A program made the translations under genes and the position numbers. 64,000 nt of DNA, taken from the NCBI GenBank assembly GCA_028534125.1, contig CM052816.1, positions 60,638,001-60,702,000 of the forward strand. Direction: 5' to 3'. Below, piece after piece: positions 53,380 through 64,000 of this stretch (positions are counted from its first letter, which is position 1; each line of letters starts with the position of its first letter). The stretch comes from Lama glama. Its lineage: Eukaryota. The notes below the pieces were generated by a model. The model saw nothing but the letters and a program-made list of their open reading frames with translations. It did no database searches and was not told where the DNA came from.

Positions 53380-53810
53380 ATCTGATCAAGTCACTTCCTT
53401 GCTGAAAGACTTCAGTGGCTCTGGGTCCCTCAGAACAAAGCCCAAAAGACTGTGCATGACCCAGCTACTGTTTCTCTCTCAAGGATCACCCAGGGCCATG
53501 CTCTCCTCTGCTTCATGCCACACGACCCCTCTCAGTCCCACAGACCCACTGTGCAGCCCCCTGCTGTCCTCATCACTCCTGTCCCTCCCCTTCTCCCAGG
53601 AATTCCTGCACACATGCCTTCCTCAGTGAGGCAGCTCCCACCTCCCAGACCAGAGAAGGTACATACCCCCTCACAGCCTGGTCCCCACTTACCACCTCGG
53701 AAACCAATTAATGAAGAATTGTGTGTTTAGGGACTATCTCCCCCATGACGCTGGATGCTTCATGAGGTCAAAACTCTGTCTTGTCCACGTCCGTGTCCTC
53801 AGTGCCCAGG
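53380..53810 (+). mobile_element. L2 fragment
   Basis: tctgatcaagtcacttccttgctgaaagacttcagtggct...cttcatgaggtca...ctcagtgcccagg. Confidence 0.6.
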
Positions 53811-55769
53811 ATGACGCTTCCCAAGAGTCAGACACCGTCCGCTGGCCTACTGCCTTTCTGACTTTCTGAGCCTGTGGCTCTTACTGGAGCAGTAAGTCAA
53901 AAGCAGACTTAATAATAAACATGCCAACATTTACACACTACTTTTCTTCAAATTATGTAGCTGCTATGATTCGTAAAATACAAATTCAGTGAAAAGCTTT
54001 CCTGAATTTGTGATTGCCGTTTGCTGTTTATTCTTTTCACCAATGAACATTAGACATTTATCTACTGCGTTACTATCATTGAGGGAACCTCCCCCAACAC
54101 ACACACACCCAAAATGATATTAAAAGCAGTCCTCAAACTCATACATCACTTAATAGAACAGCTGAAAGACATCTCAGAATTGTGCCTATTGTTAATAAGG
54201 GAAAGTGTTTCCCACCTTATGCCAAGAAAATAAATCCTTTAGGGTAAAAGAGTATAAATGAGACGCTTTATATTGAGTTGAAAATCCTTTTAGCTACTAA
54301 GCCTTTTTTTCTGCTGTTCTAAGAATCCCTAAAAAGTTTCAAGTTCTAACACACACAGCGAAAAGCAGAATTAATACGCAAGTCCCTTCACAGACGTTCT
54401 GAGTGGATCCTCTGTGATGTGACTTTCTTCGAAATTTACCTGGAAAAACTGCTCATAACATTATCAGTGTGATCCAGGAGGCTTTTTTGACAAGAGAGCT
54501 AGAGGTTTAAGCATAATTCACAACAGACAAAAACAAAAGAATATACACCCTTCAGTCAAATGTGCACCTGTTTTCAGAGATGTGTTTTTTCCTCTTTCAT
54601 TTAACATATATGTACTGAGCCCCTACTAATATGTTAGTGGCACCTTGTTAAGCACACAAAGACGAAATCCCTGCCCTCAGGAGTTCACCTACACACAGTA
54701 AACAGCACCAAGTACTTTATGGGAGCCATCACGATGTGCTTTGTGGAGAGACAGTGCAAAGTGCCTAAGAGTAAATTTCAGAAATGTTGTTTGAGGAATG
54801 GTCCTCCAATCTAGATGGTCATAACTATCGGAAACACAGCCCACTACTCTCATCATGCACAGACCCCGAATCCACAGGCTTGGGGGAGCAGGGGTAAAGT
54901 CAGATGCACTTTATTTAAACAAGAAGCACCATCTCTAACTCTCATGTATTTGATATTAAGTACATAAAAACTACAACCATTGCCATGTTAAACTAAAGTA
55001 TTGTTTTTAAGACACTGAAAGCTCAAAGGGCTGATTTAGGTCCATGAGACTTAGTAAGTTTATACAAATATTGACAGTAAGATAAAATATGAAATAGGTC
55101 AAGCACTGTTGCCATTACTAGATATATGCAAGAAGCTTTAACAAAGGTGCCCCAAAAATTAGCACTTCAATAATACACTTGGAACTTGAATTCTGCTGGT
55201 TTTAAAAAACTGATGCAGTAAGCTACTGAAGAAATGTCTGGAAACCAGTGAGTCTGCCAAGCTGGACGTAACAATTTTAAAATCTAAATAAACCTCTTTC
55301 TATTTTATGGGTTTTACTTAAGCCTTTTAAGGTTTTATACTCAGTGCCTTGCTATTGGATAACTGACACTACACTAACAGTGCCTTGCCATGATGCAACC
55401 TGATACAAATAAAAACTGTTTCCCAGCTTATACTAGTAAATGGTAACAAACTGAACAGACAAAGCCTCAGGTTCTCTGAAAGTACATAGCAGATTAATTA
55501 TGCACAAAGAAAATCAGCCAGCCCAAACTTGTACTCATTTCACAAAATTTTTAATCACAATTTAACTTGAAAAATTAATATTTACTTAGCACTTAATGCT
55601 AAAGGTAGATGCCATGCTAGGATTAAATTAGATGGCATGCATAAAACGCCTAATTACTCTATTACTATTATTTCCACTTAAGAGGGGGAAAAATTGGGAC
55701 TTACATCAGCTGAATGGTCCACATCACACCGCTAGTTAAGGTGGCAGAGCTGGGAATCAAACCCAGGAC

Positions 55770-55904
55770 TTTCCACCTAGAGTTCCTCACTGAACTTTCT
55801 GGAATGGTATTTCTAAGTGTGCATGTTTTCTGAGGAGAGGGTGGAGAGCTTTCACTAGATTTGCAAAGAGACCACAACACTCTCTCAAAGGTTAAGAACC
55901 CCTG
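55770..55904 (-). mobile_element. MER103-like hAT-Charlie MITE next to a MIR remnant
   Basis: gtgtgcatgttttctgaggagagggtggagagctttca...aaaggttaagaacccctg. Confidence 0.65.
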
Positions 55905-57876
55905 CACCACGCCGTCACCAGTGTAAGAACCAGAAAATGCACACTGGACTTCAGCCCTCTCACCAGGTCTGTCACTTCGCTACTCCAGTTTTAGTTTCGC
56001 TTTAAAATTCTCAGAGCAAGCCAAGATTTCCACTCCTGGACAATTTCCAGCATCCTCTGCCACAGGTTAAGTTGCACAATAAATTGCAATACTGTATCAG
56101 TTTACATCCAATTCTGAGATTTCACAAATACTGACCAATGTTATTTAGTCATTCCACTTTCCAAAATGTGTTTCAATCAACCAAACCTCACCACATTGCC
56201 TGAGAAATAAGCTATCATTATATCCACTTCCCAGAAAATAAAACACTGTCACCCTGAGGCCAGGCAATAAATCAGCTACAGGACTGGGATCAAAAGTGAG
56301 AGGTTCCCGACTTTCCCCGCCTGGGATCTTCAACAGCATATTATGTTATCGTGAAGCACCCTCCTAGCTACACAGGAAACATAGGGCAACTAACTCTGCC
56401 ATCTTCTCTACCAATGGAAACACTATCTTAGAATCTAGTGGTAAATCATTAAGTTGGGTCATACCCCCCTGCTGCCCACTGACAAGTGTGCTCATTTCTG
56501 AAGGTTGAGGCAGATGTCACAGGGTAAACACCAGCGTGTACCTGGCATCTTCCACAGGAGATGCAACCACTGAGAACACTGACTCAGTCCAGGGTTTGGT
56601 CAGGTAGCTCTGTGGTGGGTGTGACCCTCAGCTCAACTCCCAGTACCCTGTACCTAGGATTAATCTGAACTTTGGATTCATCCTAAATTCCTGATCAGAA
56701 AAAGGGAGCATTCATGTGAAAATGAAATTTACCTTGAAGTTCATTGGTCAGCTCTCTCATTTCACAGATTATTGAACTGACCTCAGGAACAAAACAACTC
56801 ATCCAAAGTCTCACAACTCATGAGCAGAGACAGTTCTAGAAGGCAGGTTTCCAGACACCTGTCCAGGATCCTTACACTCCTCCGGGAACGGAGGGATGGG
56901 TCCTAGTTACTGCCAGGGGCTTGGCCGACCAACCACTGGGGTTTTCTCCATCTCTGCCAGGCTAGGACTTGACTCCCCTCACTTTGTGTGACATCCAGTG
57001 TTTGCCTCCGGTTTGGGGCCCCAGGGGGCTACTGTCAGAGCACTGGCCCCAGCTTGCATCCTCTGAGAGACAAAGACAATTACTTGCTAAAGCTAACCCC
57101 AGAAAGGAGGAAAATACTACCCTGGCACTGAGGAATGAACTTCACTAGGAGGTTCTGTTAGGGTGATTTATTTATAGCTTGGCCTGATCAAGATGACCTC
57201 CCCACAAGAAACGTCCAAAGCAAACAATTTGAAAGGCACGAAGAACCTTCTGCTTCCTTAACTGTTCTCCAAAGACGGAAAAAAGCCAGAGAGAACAGAC
57301 GGCGGACACCAAGTCATATCCTCAGTGTGTCAGCGCGCGACCCAGAAGTTTCAGACGAACATTCTTCCAGGAAACCAAGATGGACACAGTCCCACGGAAG
57401 AAGGTGGGACGTTCCCCACTCAGTTTGGCGACCAGCGCGCACCTGAACATCCGGAACAAGTCCGAATGGGAGCTGCAGAAGCGCAGGTCAGCGCCACCCG
57501 CCGAGAGACGGGAGTCCTCCTTCCCCGCCCAGAAGACCGAAGCCGCGGGACCAGCCAAAACCACCCGCGGGGGATCCCGGAGTCAACGTCACTGAAACCC
57601 GGCCGCTCAACTCCGGGAGTACCGCTCCCAGCCGTCCCCCACCCCCAATACACCTTCTCTCCCTCTCAAACCATACCTTCATCACACATCCCCTCGGCCC
57701 GAGCGCTTCTGTGGGAAGCAACGCCCACTTTGGAGAATAAGGTCTTAGACGGGGACAAGCCAGGCGTCCAGATCATATCCATTCACAGATTCAGAGTAAA
57801 AAATCCCGACACTAGGGAGTTTGCCGCTTAGACACTGTAAAAGCTCACTATCAGGCAGCACATGGACATGGATGGA

Positions 57877-57921
57877 CACACAAACACACACGCAAGCACG
57901 CACGCACACACACACATACAC
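57877..57921. repeat. Imperfect (CA)n/(CACG)n microsatellite
   Basis: acacacaaacacacacgcaagcacgcacgcacacacacacatacac. Confidence 0.85.
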
Positions 57922-58103
57922 GGAGATAAACAGCCACGGGGAAATCAATGACCCACAAGGAGGCCCCCGTCATTACCCCTTGTGGTCCCTCCCCCTCTCC
58001 ATGCCCCATCGCGCGCCGCCCACCGCCCGCGTGCGGGATGGAGTGCTGGGGTCGCCAGGCAGCTGGGACCGGAGGGGCCGAGCTGGCGGAAGGCGGGGCC
58101 CAC

Positions 58104-58436
58104 CTCCTCGTCCTGCTCCTCCTGGGACGCGCTGCTGCCCCGGGGCGCAGGTGGCGCGGCTCCTCCCGGGAGCGGCGCTGGGACTCCGAGCTCCGGCACC
58201 ACGCGCGCAGGAGCCCACGCGGCGGGCGAACGGGCGCCGCCCGGCGGCGGCGGCGGCTGCTCGCGGGAGAAGCCAGGCTCCCCTTCCTCTGACAGAGTTT
58301 CTGAGCCTGAGGAGGACTCCGCCGAGGAAGCGCCCGGCGAGGACGCAGCAGCCTCCGCAGGGGCGGGAGTCCGGGCTCCGTGGCCGCTGCAGCCGCGGGG
58401 CACTGGCTCCGGCGCCTCAGAAACTTTCTCCCCCAT
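58104..58436 (-). CDS. MAST4: MAST4 first coding exon (111 codons, phase-0 donor); the gene continues beyond position 1 of the window
   Basis: The translation MGEKVSEAPEPVPRGCSGHGARTP...SSAESSSGSETLSEEGEPG...APRGSSASQEEQDEE matches the recalled N-terminus of the long human MAST4 isoform. The ATG at 58436 has a good Kozak context (gaaATGg). Similarity stops exactly at GAG|GTGGGC (donor 58103-58098). Exon 2 (LDHILSPPPMPFRK) was not seen in the window. Confidence 0.95.
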
Positions 58437-58577
58437 TTCCCTCTCAGGCCCAAAGTGCGGCCGGAGGGGCGGTGGGGGCGCAGCGCTCACTCAGCGCCTC
58501 CGGGGGGAAGCCACGGGCTGCTGGGCTCCGGCTCGCTCTCGCTGCCGCTCCCGAGCTGCGGGGTGCCCCGCCGGCGA

Positions 58578-58670
58578 CTACATGGCCGCGGCCGGGCCAC
58601 CGGAGCCCGCCGTCAAGTTAGCAGTCGCCCGGGCCCGGCGGCCGACGGGGTCTCCGGCGCGCGAGGACAT
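58578..58670 (-). other. Upstream ORF (30 aa, MSSRAGDPVGRRARATANLTAGSGGPAAAM*) in the presumed MAST4 5' UTR
   Basis: ATG at 58670; second ATG at 58583 immediately followed by TAG at 58580-58578. The TSS position is inferred, not observed. Confidence 0.55.
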
Positions 58671-58794
58671 GCCAGTGCTCGGCGCTCCACAGTGCTCCCG
58701 CGCTGCGCCCGAGCCGCCGGGACTGCGGCTTCTCCGGCAAAACCTGCCTTCGGGACTGAGCGGGGCCGGCGGAAGAGACGGGCAGCCCCGGGAG

Positions 58795-58875
58795 CCAATG
58801 GCAGAGCAGGCGCGCCAGTGGGCGGAGGCTGCGGCGTCTCCGGCCGCACCGGCGTCAGGTAGGGGAGGCGGGGCC
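58795..58875. promoter_or_regulatory. Proximal promoter motifs: CCAAT box and two GC boxes
   Basis: CCAAT at 58795-58799 (agccaatg); Sp/KLF-type TGGGCGGAGG at 58819-58828 and GAGGCGGGGC at 58865-58874; no obvious TATA box. Confidence 0.6.
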
Positions 58876-60734
58876 GAGGCGCCAGCTGTGGGGTCCCGCC
58901 CGAGCGCTGGGGCCGTGGGTAAAATAGCAAGGCACCGGCGCCCTGGAGGGGGAGAATGGAGCTCGGAATCAGCCCAAAGCTGGGACTCTGAATTTAGCGG
59001 AGAACTGGCTGGCGGGCCTGGGAACGCCAGAGGGAGATGGTTAAGCGAGCGGTGAGACCTTGGAGAAAAACTGGACTTTGTTTCGAAAAAGTGAAATCGA
59101 GGACACTGACTAGTCAGAGAAGTAACAGGGCTTTGAGGGTAATAGGAAGCACGCACACACTCGCACCCACCAGCGTGCTGGCAGAGAAAGGGGGAGAACT
59201 TCATGGTATAGTGAGTGGATCCAAACGGAGCTGGTCTCCGATCCCGGATTTTCCTCTTAAGCTCCTTGGGCTTCAGTGTCCTCAACTAGAAATGGAGATA
59301 TTCTTACCTGTCTTGTCTTGCTATGGGCAGAATTAGAGCAAATATACATAAAGATTCAGCAAACTGCCTTGCTTAGACACATGGAGAGTTTTCAAAAGAC
59401 TACTTTCTGTCTTTCTGTTTGTAAACTAAAAAGTTAAGTCAAAGACGTGTAACTTTTGACAGGGAGGAAAATAAATTATGCCCCTGAATTTAATTAGGAC
59501 CAAGAATATGCCCAACACTAGGCCAGATCCCAGACAAAGCTGAGTTAGAGAGGGCTGCCTGGCCCACCATTGCCTGTCTCTCCACATCAGCTAAGCAGAG
59601 GATGAAAAGAGTTCACATTTCCACTTCGCTTTCTCCTGGCCCTGGATTGTAAACTACCAAAGACGCAGGACTGGTTGCTTCATTTTCTTTACCTCTAAGA
59701 ACTAGGAGAAAGAACTTTCAGCAAGGGCACTAACAGAATCACCTTAAGGCCCTCCCTTGGGCTGGAGGAGGCAGCCTTCAGGGTGATGAGGTGACTTGAA
59801 TTTCTCAGAAGCCAGCCATCAGCTCAGCAGTGGGAAATAAATGATTTCTCACTTTCCTTCAGCTCCAGTCCTATTCTGAGCTCTGGCACTGCAACCTGGG
59901 ATGTAAATTCAACCAGATTCATTTCCACAGAGGTTGATTGAGATGTGTGCCTGATACTTGCAGGGGATACAAAGATGAATAAGGCAGGTCCCTTGCCCTC
60001 GAGGAGCTTATGGTCAAGCAAGAGATTGATGCTGCATAATACAGCTCCATTATTAATTTTCCAAAGCTACAGGAACAGGGTGCCATGGGAGAAGAGGGGA
60101 GAGGTACAGAAAAACAGTTGAGGTCCTCAAGCTCAGGAGTCCTCAAGAATATTAGATTTCTCTTTGTCAGAACGGTTTTGCCAAAGGTCCTTAAGAACTG
60201 CAGGACTTGAGTTGAAAGCCCCTTCAGCTAACGAGCCCTTTTATGCTATCACAGTATTTACAAGTGATACATCATACAAAGTGCTTCATCATATTGGACA
60301 GCAAGCTTTGTCCTGATCAGTTTCCTTCCCCTAAGATGATGGTGAAGGAAATATAATGTGATCCCATTGCCACAGACAGCCTTACTGCAAAACAGCTCTG
60401 GCTGGCAGGCTTTCATTGTGACACTTCAGAATTATCTGCAGGGCCGTGAAGACCTGCTGAGGCAAAAGGACAGTTCTAGTGACTTGGCTAGTTGTAAGAG
60501 CAAGGCTGAAGAGAGAGCACAGTGGGGCAGTCTGAATCCCAGCCTGAGCCTCACAATTGCTTTTCTAGCCAGGAGTCTTGGTCTTTATCTGAGCCCCTAT
60601 GTGGTTGATTCGCTACAGCTGAAGTGAAATGATGACTTAAGCAAGCCATTCACAAGAAAGAGGAGGAGGGGTACTTTTCAGTGCACCAGGAAAGAAGAAG
60701 CAAAGACGTGATCTGAATTACTAACAGGAAGAAT

Positions 60735-60955
60735 GATAATGGCTGTAATCACTTCAGCCCTAAGCATCTATGGATGTTCTCATTTAACCTTATGAGTCAG
60801 ACTCTATTAGCCCCACTTTATAAAGTAGGAAACTGAGGACCTGCAAGGTCAAGTAACTTGCCAAAGGTCACAAAGCAAGTGAGTGGTGGAACTGTGATTT
60901 GAACCCAGCAATCTGATCTGAAGCATTTTCTTAAACATGCCAACATATTGCCACT
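60735..60955 (-). mobile_element. MIR SINE
   Basis: aaccttatgag...ccccactttata...aggaaactgagg...aagtaacttgccaaaggtcaca...gatttgaaccca. Confidence 0.85.
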
Positions 60956-61084
60956 TGGAACAGACAACTTTTTCGAGTCCACATATACATTAGATTACAT
61001 ATCCATTCAGCAGGGACTCTGTTTTCTTGACTTAATATGTAAAAGGATATAAAAAGACATTTGCAGAACAGATTTCCCCCCTCA

Positions 61085-61340
61085 CCCATAAACCTTTATG
61101 AGGCACTTAGTATGTTTCAGTCAAGGTTTTAAGTATTTCACAAATTTTAATTTTCTCAATTCCGATGTCAGTGGTATGAGATAGACACTATTATTACTCT
61201 CATATTATATATGTGAAAGGTGTGAAGACTATGGCACAGAGAAGTTAAGTAATTTCCCCTAAGTCACACAGCTAGTAAGTGATGGAGCCAGGATTCATAC
61301 TTGAACAGTTTGGCCCCAGCATTCAGGCTCTTAACCCCTG
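61085..61340 (-). mobile_element. MIR SINE
   Basis: ggcacagagaagttaagtaatttcccctaagtcacacagctagtaagtgatggagccaggattca. Confidence 0.85.
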
Positions 61341-61363
61341 CAGATCAAAGTCAAGTACTAGAT

Positions 61364-61596
61364 CAGCATTTCCTGAACTTTTAAAACTTTAACCTCAAAT
61401 AAAAAGTATATCTTACATTGCAACTCATGATACACGTACACACCTACAAATACAAATGAGGTTTCATGAAACAATACCCTTCCTGTAAGCACTGGAATTT
61501 TTTAATGTTATATTTTATTGAAAATAAAAATGCCAAGTGGATGATCAGCTAAATGGACTTCACACTCCACTTAGACACCTGCAGTTGAAAGCAGTG
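61364..61596. mobile_element. Non-autonomous hAT-Charlie-type element
   Basis: TIR-like ends cagcatttcctgaac / gttgaaagcagtg; internal gtttcatgaaacaatac; family not determined. Confidence 0.55.
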
Positions 61597-64000
61597 TGCT
61601 TAATCATCTCCACAGCTGACCCATGAGGGAAATATGACTATGGTTCAGGCTAAGAGTTTCCAGACCAGAACTGTGCAAACTCTATAAATAGAAGATGATC
61701 GAAAGGTCAGGACAGTTCCCTAAATGTACCCTAGTTAGACCTATGGACAAATGCTGGGGTATGGCCAATCAAACTTGATTTAAATCCTACAGTTCACCTT
61801 CTCATTTTATTAAGCTATAAACACCGTTCTCAATGGCCAGAAAAACACCCCTCCAAGAGAATGTCCAATAAATGTCCCTAATGTTGGAGACTTTGGGACT
61901 AGAGATGAGTATAAAAGCATAGCTTTTTTCCTGCAGTGTCACTGTAGGCAAGAGCCAGAAAAATAAAAACGACTTAGTCATAATTCCTTGGAAGCCAATA
62001 GTGTTGCCAAGCTTCACGTGACAGAACCAGATTAGCCGATAGACTAGAAAGGACAAGGTCAGCCAACTCCAAGGTAATCGGGGTCCACACATCTGCTGGG
62101 CATGCTCTCAAGTGTTTGGTTCAGGGCCAACACCCCTGGACACCAAATGTTTATTGTATTGTGACTGGACACTTGCCTCAATTTTCTGCATTGTTCTCCT
62201 AAGTCATGTTAGGCATTGCCTCTGGGAGTCTCTATTGTTTCTGCCAGTCCCCACCTTATGGGAAGGGCCAAGTTCGAATGTCAGTGTCAAGCTCTGTCTC
62301 TATGAGATGGAGGATTTTCAAGGGCAAGTCATCACACCTTTCATCTGTTCCCAGTGTCATGACCTTTCTCCCAAGAATTAGGGTTAGCACTTAATAAACT
62401 TCAAATCAATTGTCCATCTTTCTTACATACTTAAAACTAGAACATTATCAATTCAGAATGAATATTTTTGCAAAATTACAAATATGTAAATTTTACATAT
62501 GTAACTTCAATAGCCCCCAAAATCCTAGATATTATATCATATGATCTTTGAATTATATGATAAGATCTTTGGATTAAAGATGATGATATTATTCACCTTT
62601 GGTAGGTTTTTAAATTTTCATTTTTAATGATAGATTTGCCTGCTGCCCCATGACTAATAAAGCACAATTTTGAGACAAATTAAACATAGATAAAAATGTG
62701 GCCATTGAGGTGGCCTACATTGGGGTTTTTGATTTATAGCAGAGGGTGTAACATGATACAGAACATGGCGGTTTCTGACCAGCCAGCTGGGAGATAAAGC
62801 CTTCACAGCATCTCAAGCTTTTGTTTGTGATTTGAGGTCTAGGAAAGGAAAGGTTATGATACAAGGTTTCAGAAGGTAAGTAGAAGAAGGTTTTAAGTGA
62901 TGGTTGAAAGGGACGGGGAGGAAGAGTAATAACATGGTTTGCCTCTAGTGGAGTCTCTGACCTAGAGGTTGAGAAGGATGGGAAACTAAATTATGTTAGC
63001 AAATTAAAATAAGCCTGCAATGGACCAAACGAGAGGAGGCTGCTGATCTGAGCTCATTGTTCAATGTTTCTCCATGTGCTGTCTGTGGAGCACTTGCGTC
63101 ACGTCGCCAGGATCCAGGCAGGGGAGCAGGCAGCTTGTTCTCAGGATCCACCCAAAGGTCTGGGAATATGCATTTTTTTTTTTTTTTACGGAACACACTC
63201 ATGCATGTATCAAGTATATTAAAGCTTGAGGATCACCAAAAAGAATCCTCATTTGAAGATCAAAGAGCCATTTTGTGAGGCAAATGTGCATGGCTCTGTA
63301 GAAGGTGTCTAGAATGAGCTTGACTGATTGCAGTCTGCGTCTCTTTGGACCTCTTTGTTCTTGGAGAACAATTACCTTGGGGACACCAAGGCAGCTTAGC
63401 AGCTGGACAGAATATGCATGTTCTGAAAACAGCTGGAAAAACTGAGCTAATCCACAAAAAGAACTCAGGATAATGTTCCCTCGAGGATTCTGTTTAAACA
63501 AAATTCAAAATGGTGACCTATTTCCCACAGAAGACTCCAGGCTTTTGCACTTGTCTTTCCAAGGTGGATAAGATGGATGTTCACATCTGAGATGCTTTTG
63601 TTATGCTTTCAGCATGAAATTTTCTTTTATTATCATTCTTCATTTTTCAAAAAGATTTATTCAGGACTCTTCACCTGTTTAGGAACTAGAAGACAAGCAA
63701 ACACATTTACTCATTTTTATCCCTTGTAGCAGTTTGCTTTCAGAGTCAAATGGTTCTATTTTCAATTTGTAGAGCAACCGCTTTCACTCTGTCTACACAG
63801 CATGGCAAGTTGTTCCTTCCACCATGAACCTCGACTAATTAGAAAATAAAATGATGTTCAATAGTAACCTAGCAAGCAGTGACCCTTTCCACAATCATAA
63901 GCCAGTTTGCAACCCTAGGGGTGATTTTTAAGGATCTTTGTACTCGAGGAAACAGTGTCTTCTAGTCCCTTTTCCCTCAAAGTGTGGTTGCCAATACGCC

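Larger units (their letters stand above)
1..58103 (-). other. MAST4: MAST4 intron 1 (partial)
   Basis: Starts at the GT donor after the EEQDEE codons. Repeat-rich, with no recognisable downstream MAST4 coding exon. Confidence 0.85.
57300..59250. promoter_or_regulatory. CpG island / MAST4 promoter and first exon
   Basis: Abrupt rise in GC and CpG density against the CpG-depleted rest of the window; spans exon 1. Confidence 0.92.

Noticed and set aside
54431..54450. Possible recursive splice site (ttttccag|gtaaat on the minus strand)
   Set aside because: The pyrimidine tract is short with AGs just upstream, and it is only ~3.7 kb from exon 1; not distinguishable from chance.
58437..58490. 18-codon N-terminal extension from GTG at 58490
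   Set aside because: The GTG directly follows an in-frame TGA in a poor context, whereas the ATG at 58436 has a strong context and matches the known N-terminus.
57821..59285. Long overlapping ORFs in the CpG island (357 aa +, 266 aa +, 235 aa -, 200 aa -)
   Set aside because: Stop codons are rare in very GC-rich DNA. The products are low-complexity Ala/Gly/Pro/Arg with no recognisable domain; only the MAST4 frame matches a known protein.

Overview
This is mammalian genomic DNA, most likely a camelid (alpaca, llama or camel). The evidence is a tRNA-Ala-derived Vic-1-type SINE, artiodactyl-type L1 3' ends and a Tigger2a_Art-like MITE; I saw no Alu, Bov-B/Bov-tA or PRE-1 elements. The only protein-coding sequence I can support is the first coding exon of MAST4 (microtubule-associated Ser/Thr kinase 4), on the minus strand at 58436-58104, inside a CpG-island promoter (~57300-59250). 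Positions 1-58103 are the first ~58 kb of its very long intron 1, and ~59250-64000 is upstream flank. The rest is L1, L2, MIR, MaLR LTR and hAT/Tigger remnants, several of them nested. Repeat family names come from recalled consensus sequences and most boundaries are approximate. I see no new multi-gene system. The best leads are regulatory: a 30-codon uORF ending in an AUG-stop element in the MAST4 leader, a pair of full CRE palindromes in intron 1, an isolated (CG)n/NRF1 element, and a weak exon-1 donor followed by a G-quadruplex motif and UG repeats. There is also a clear 5'-inverted (twin-primed) L1 insertion.
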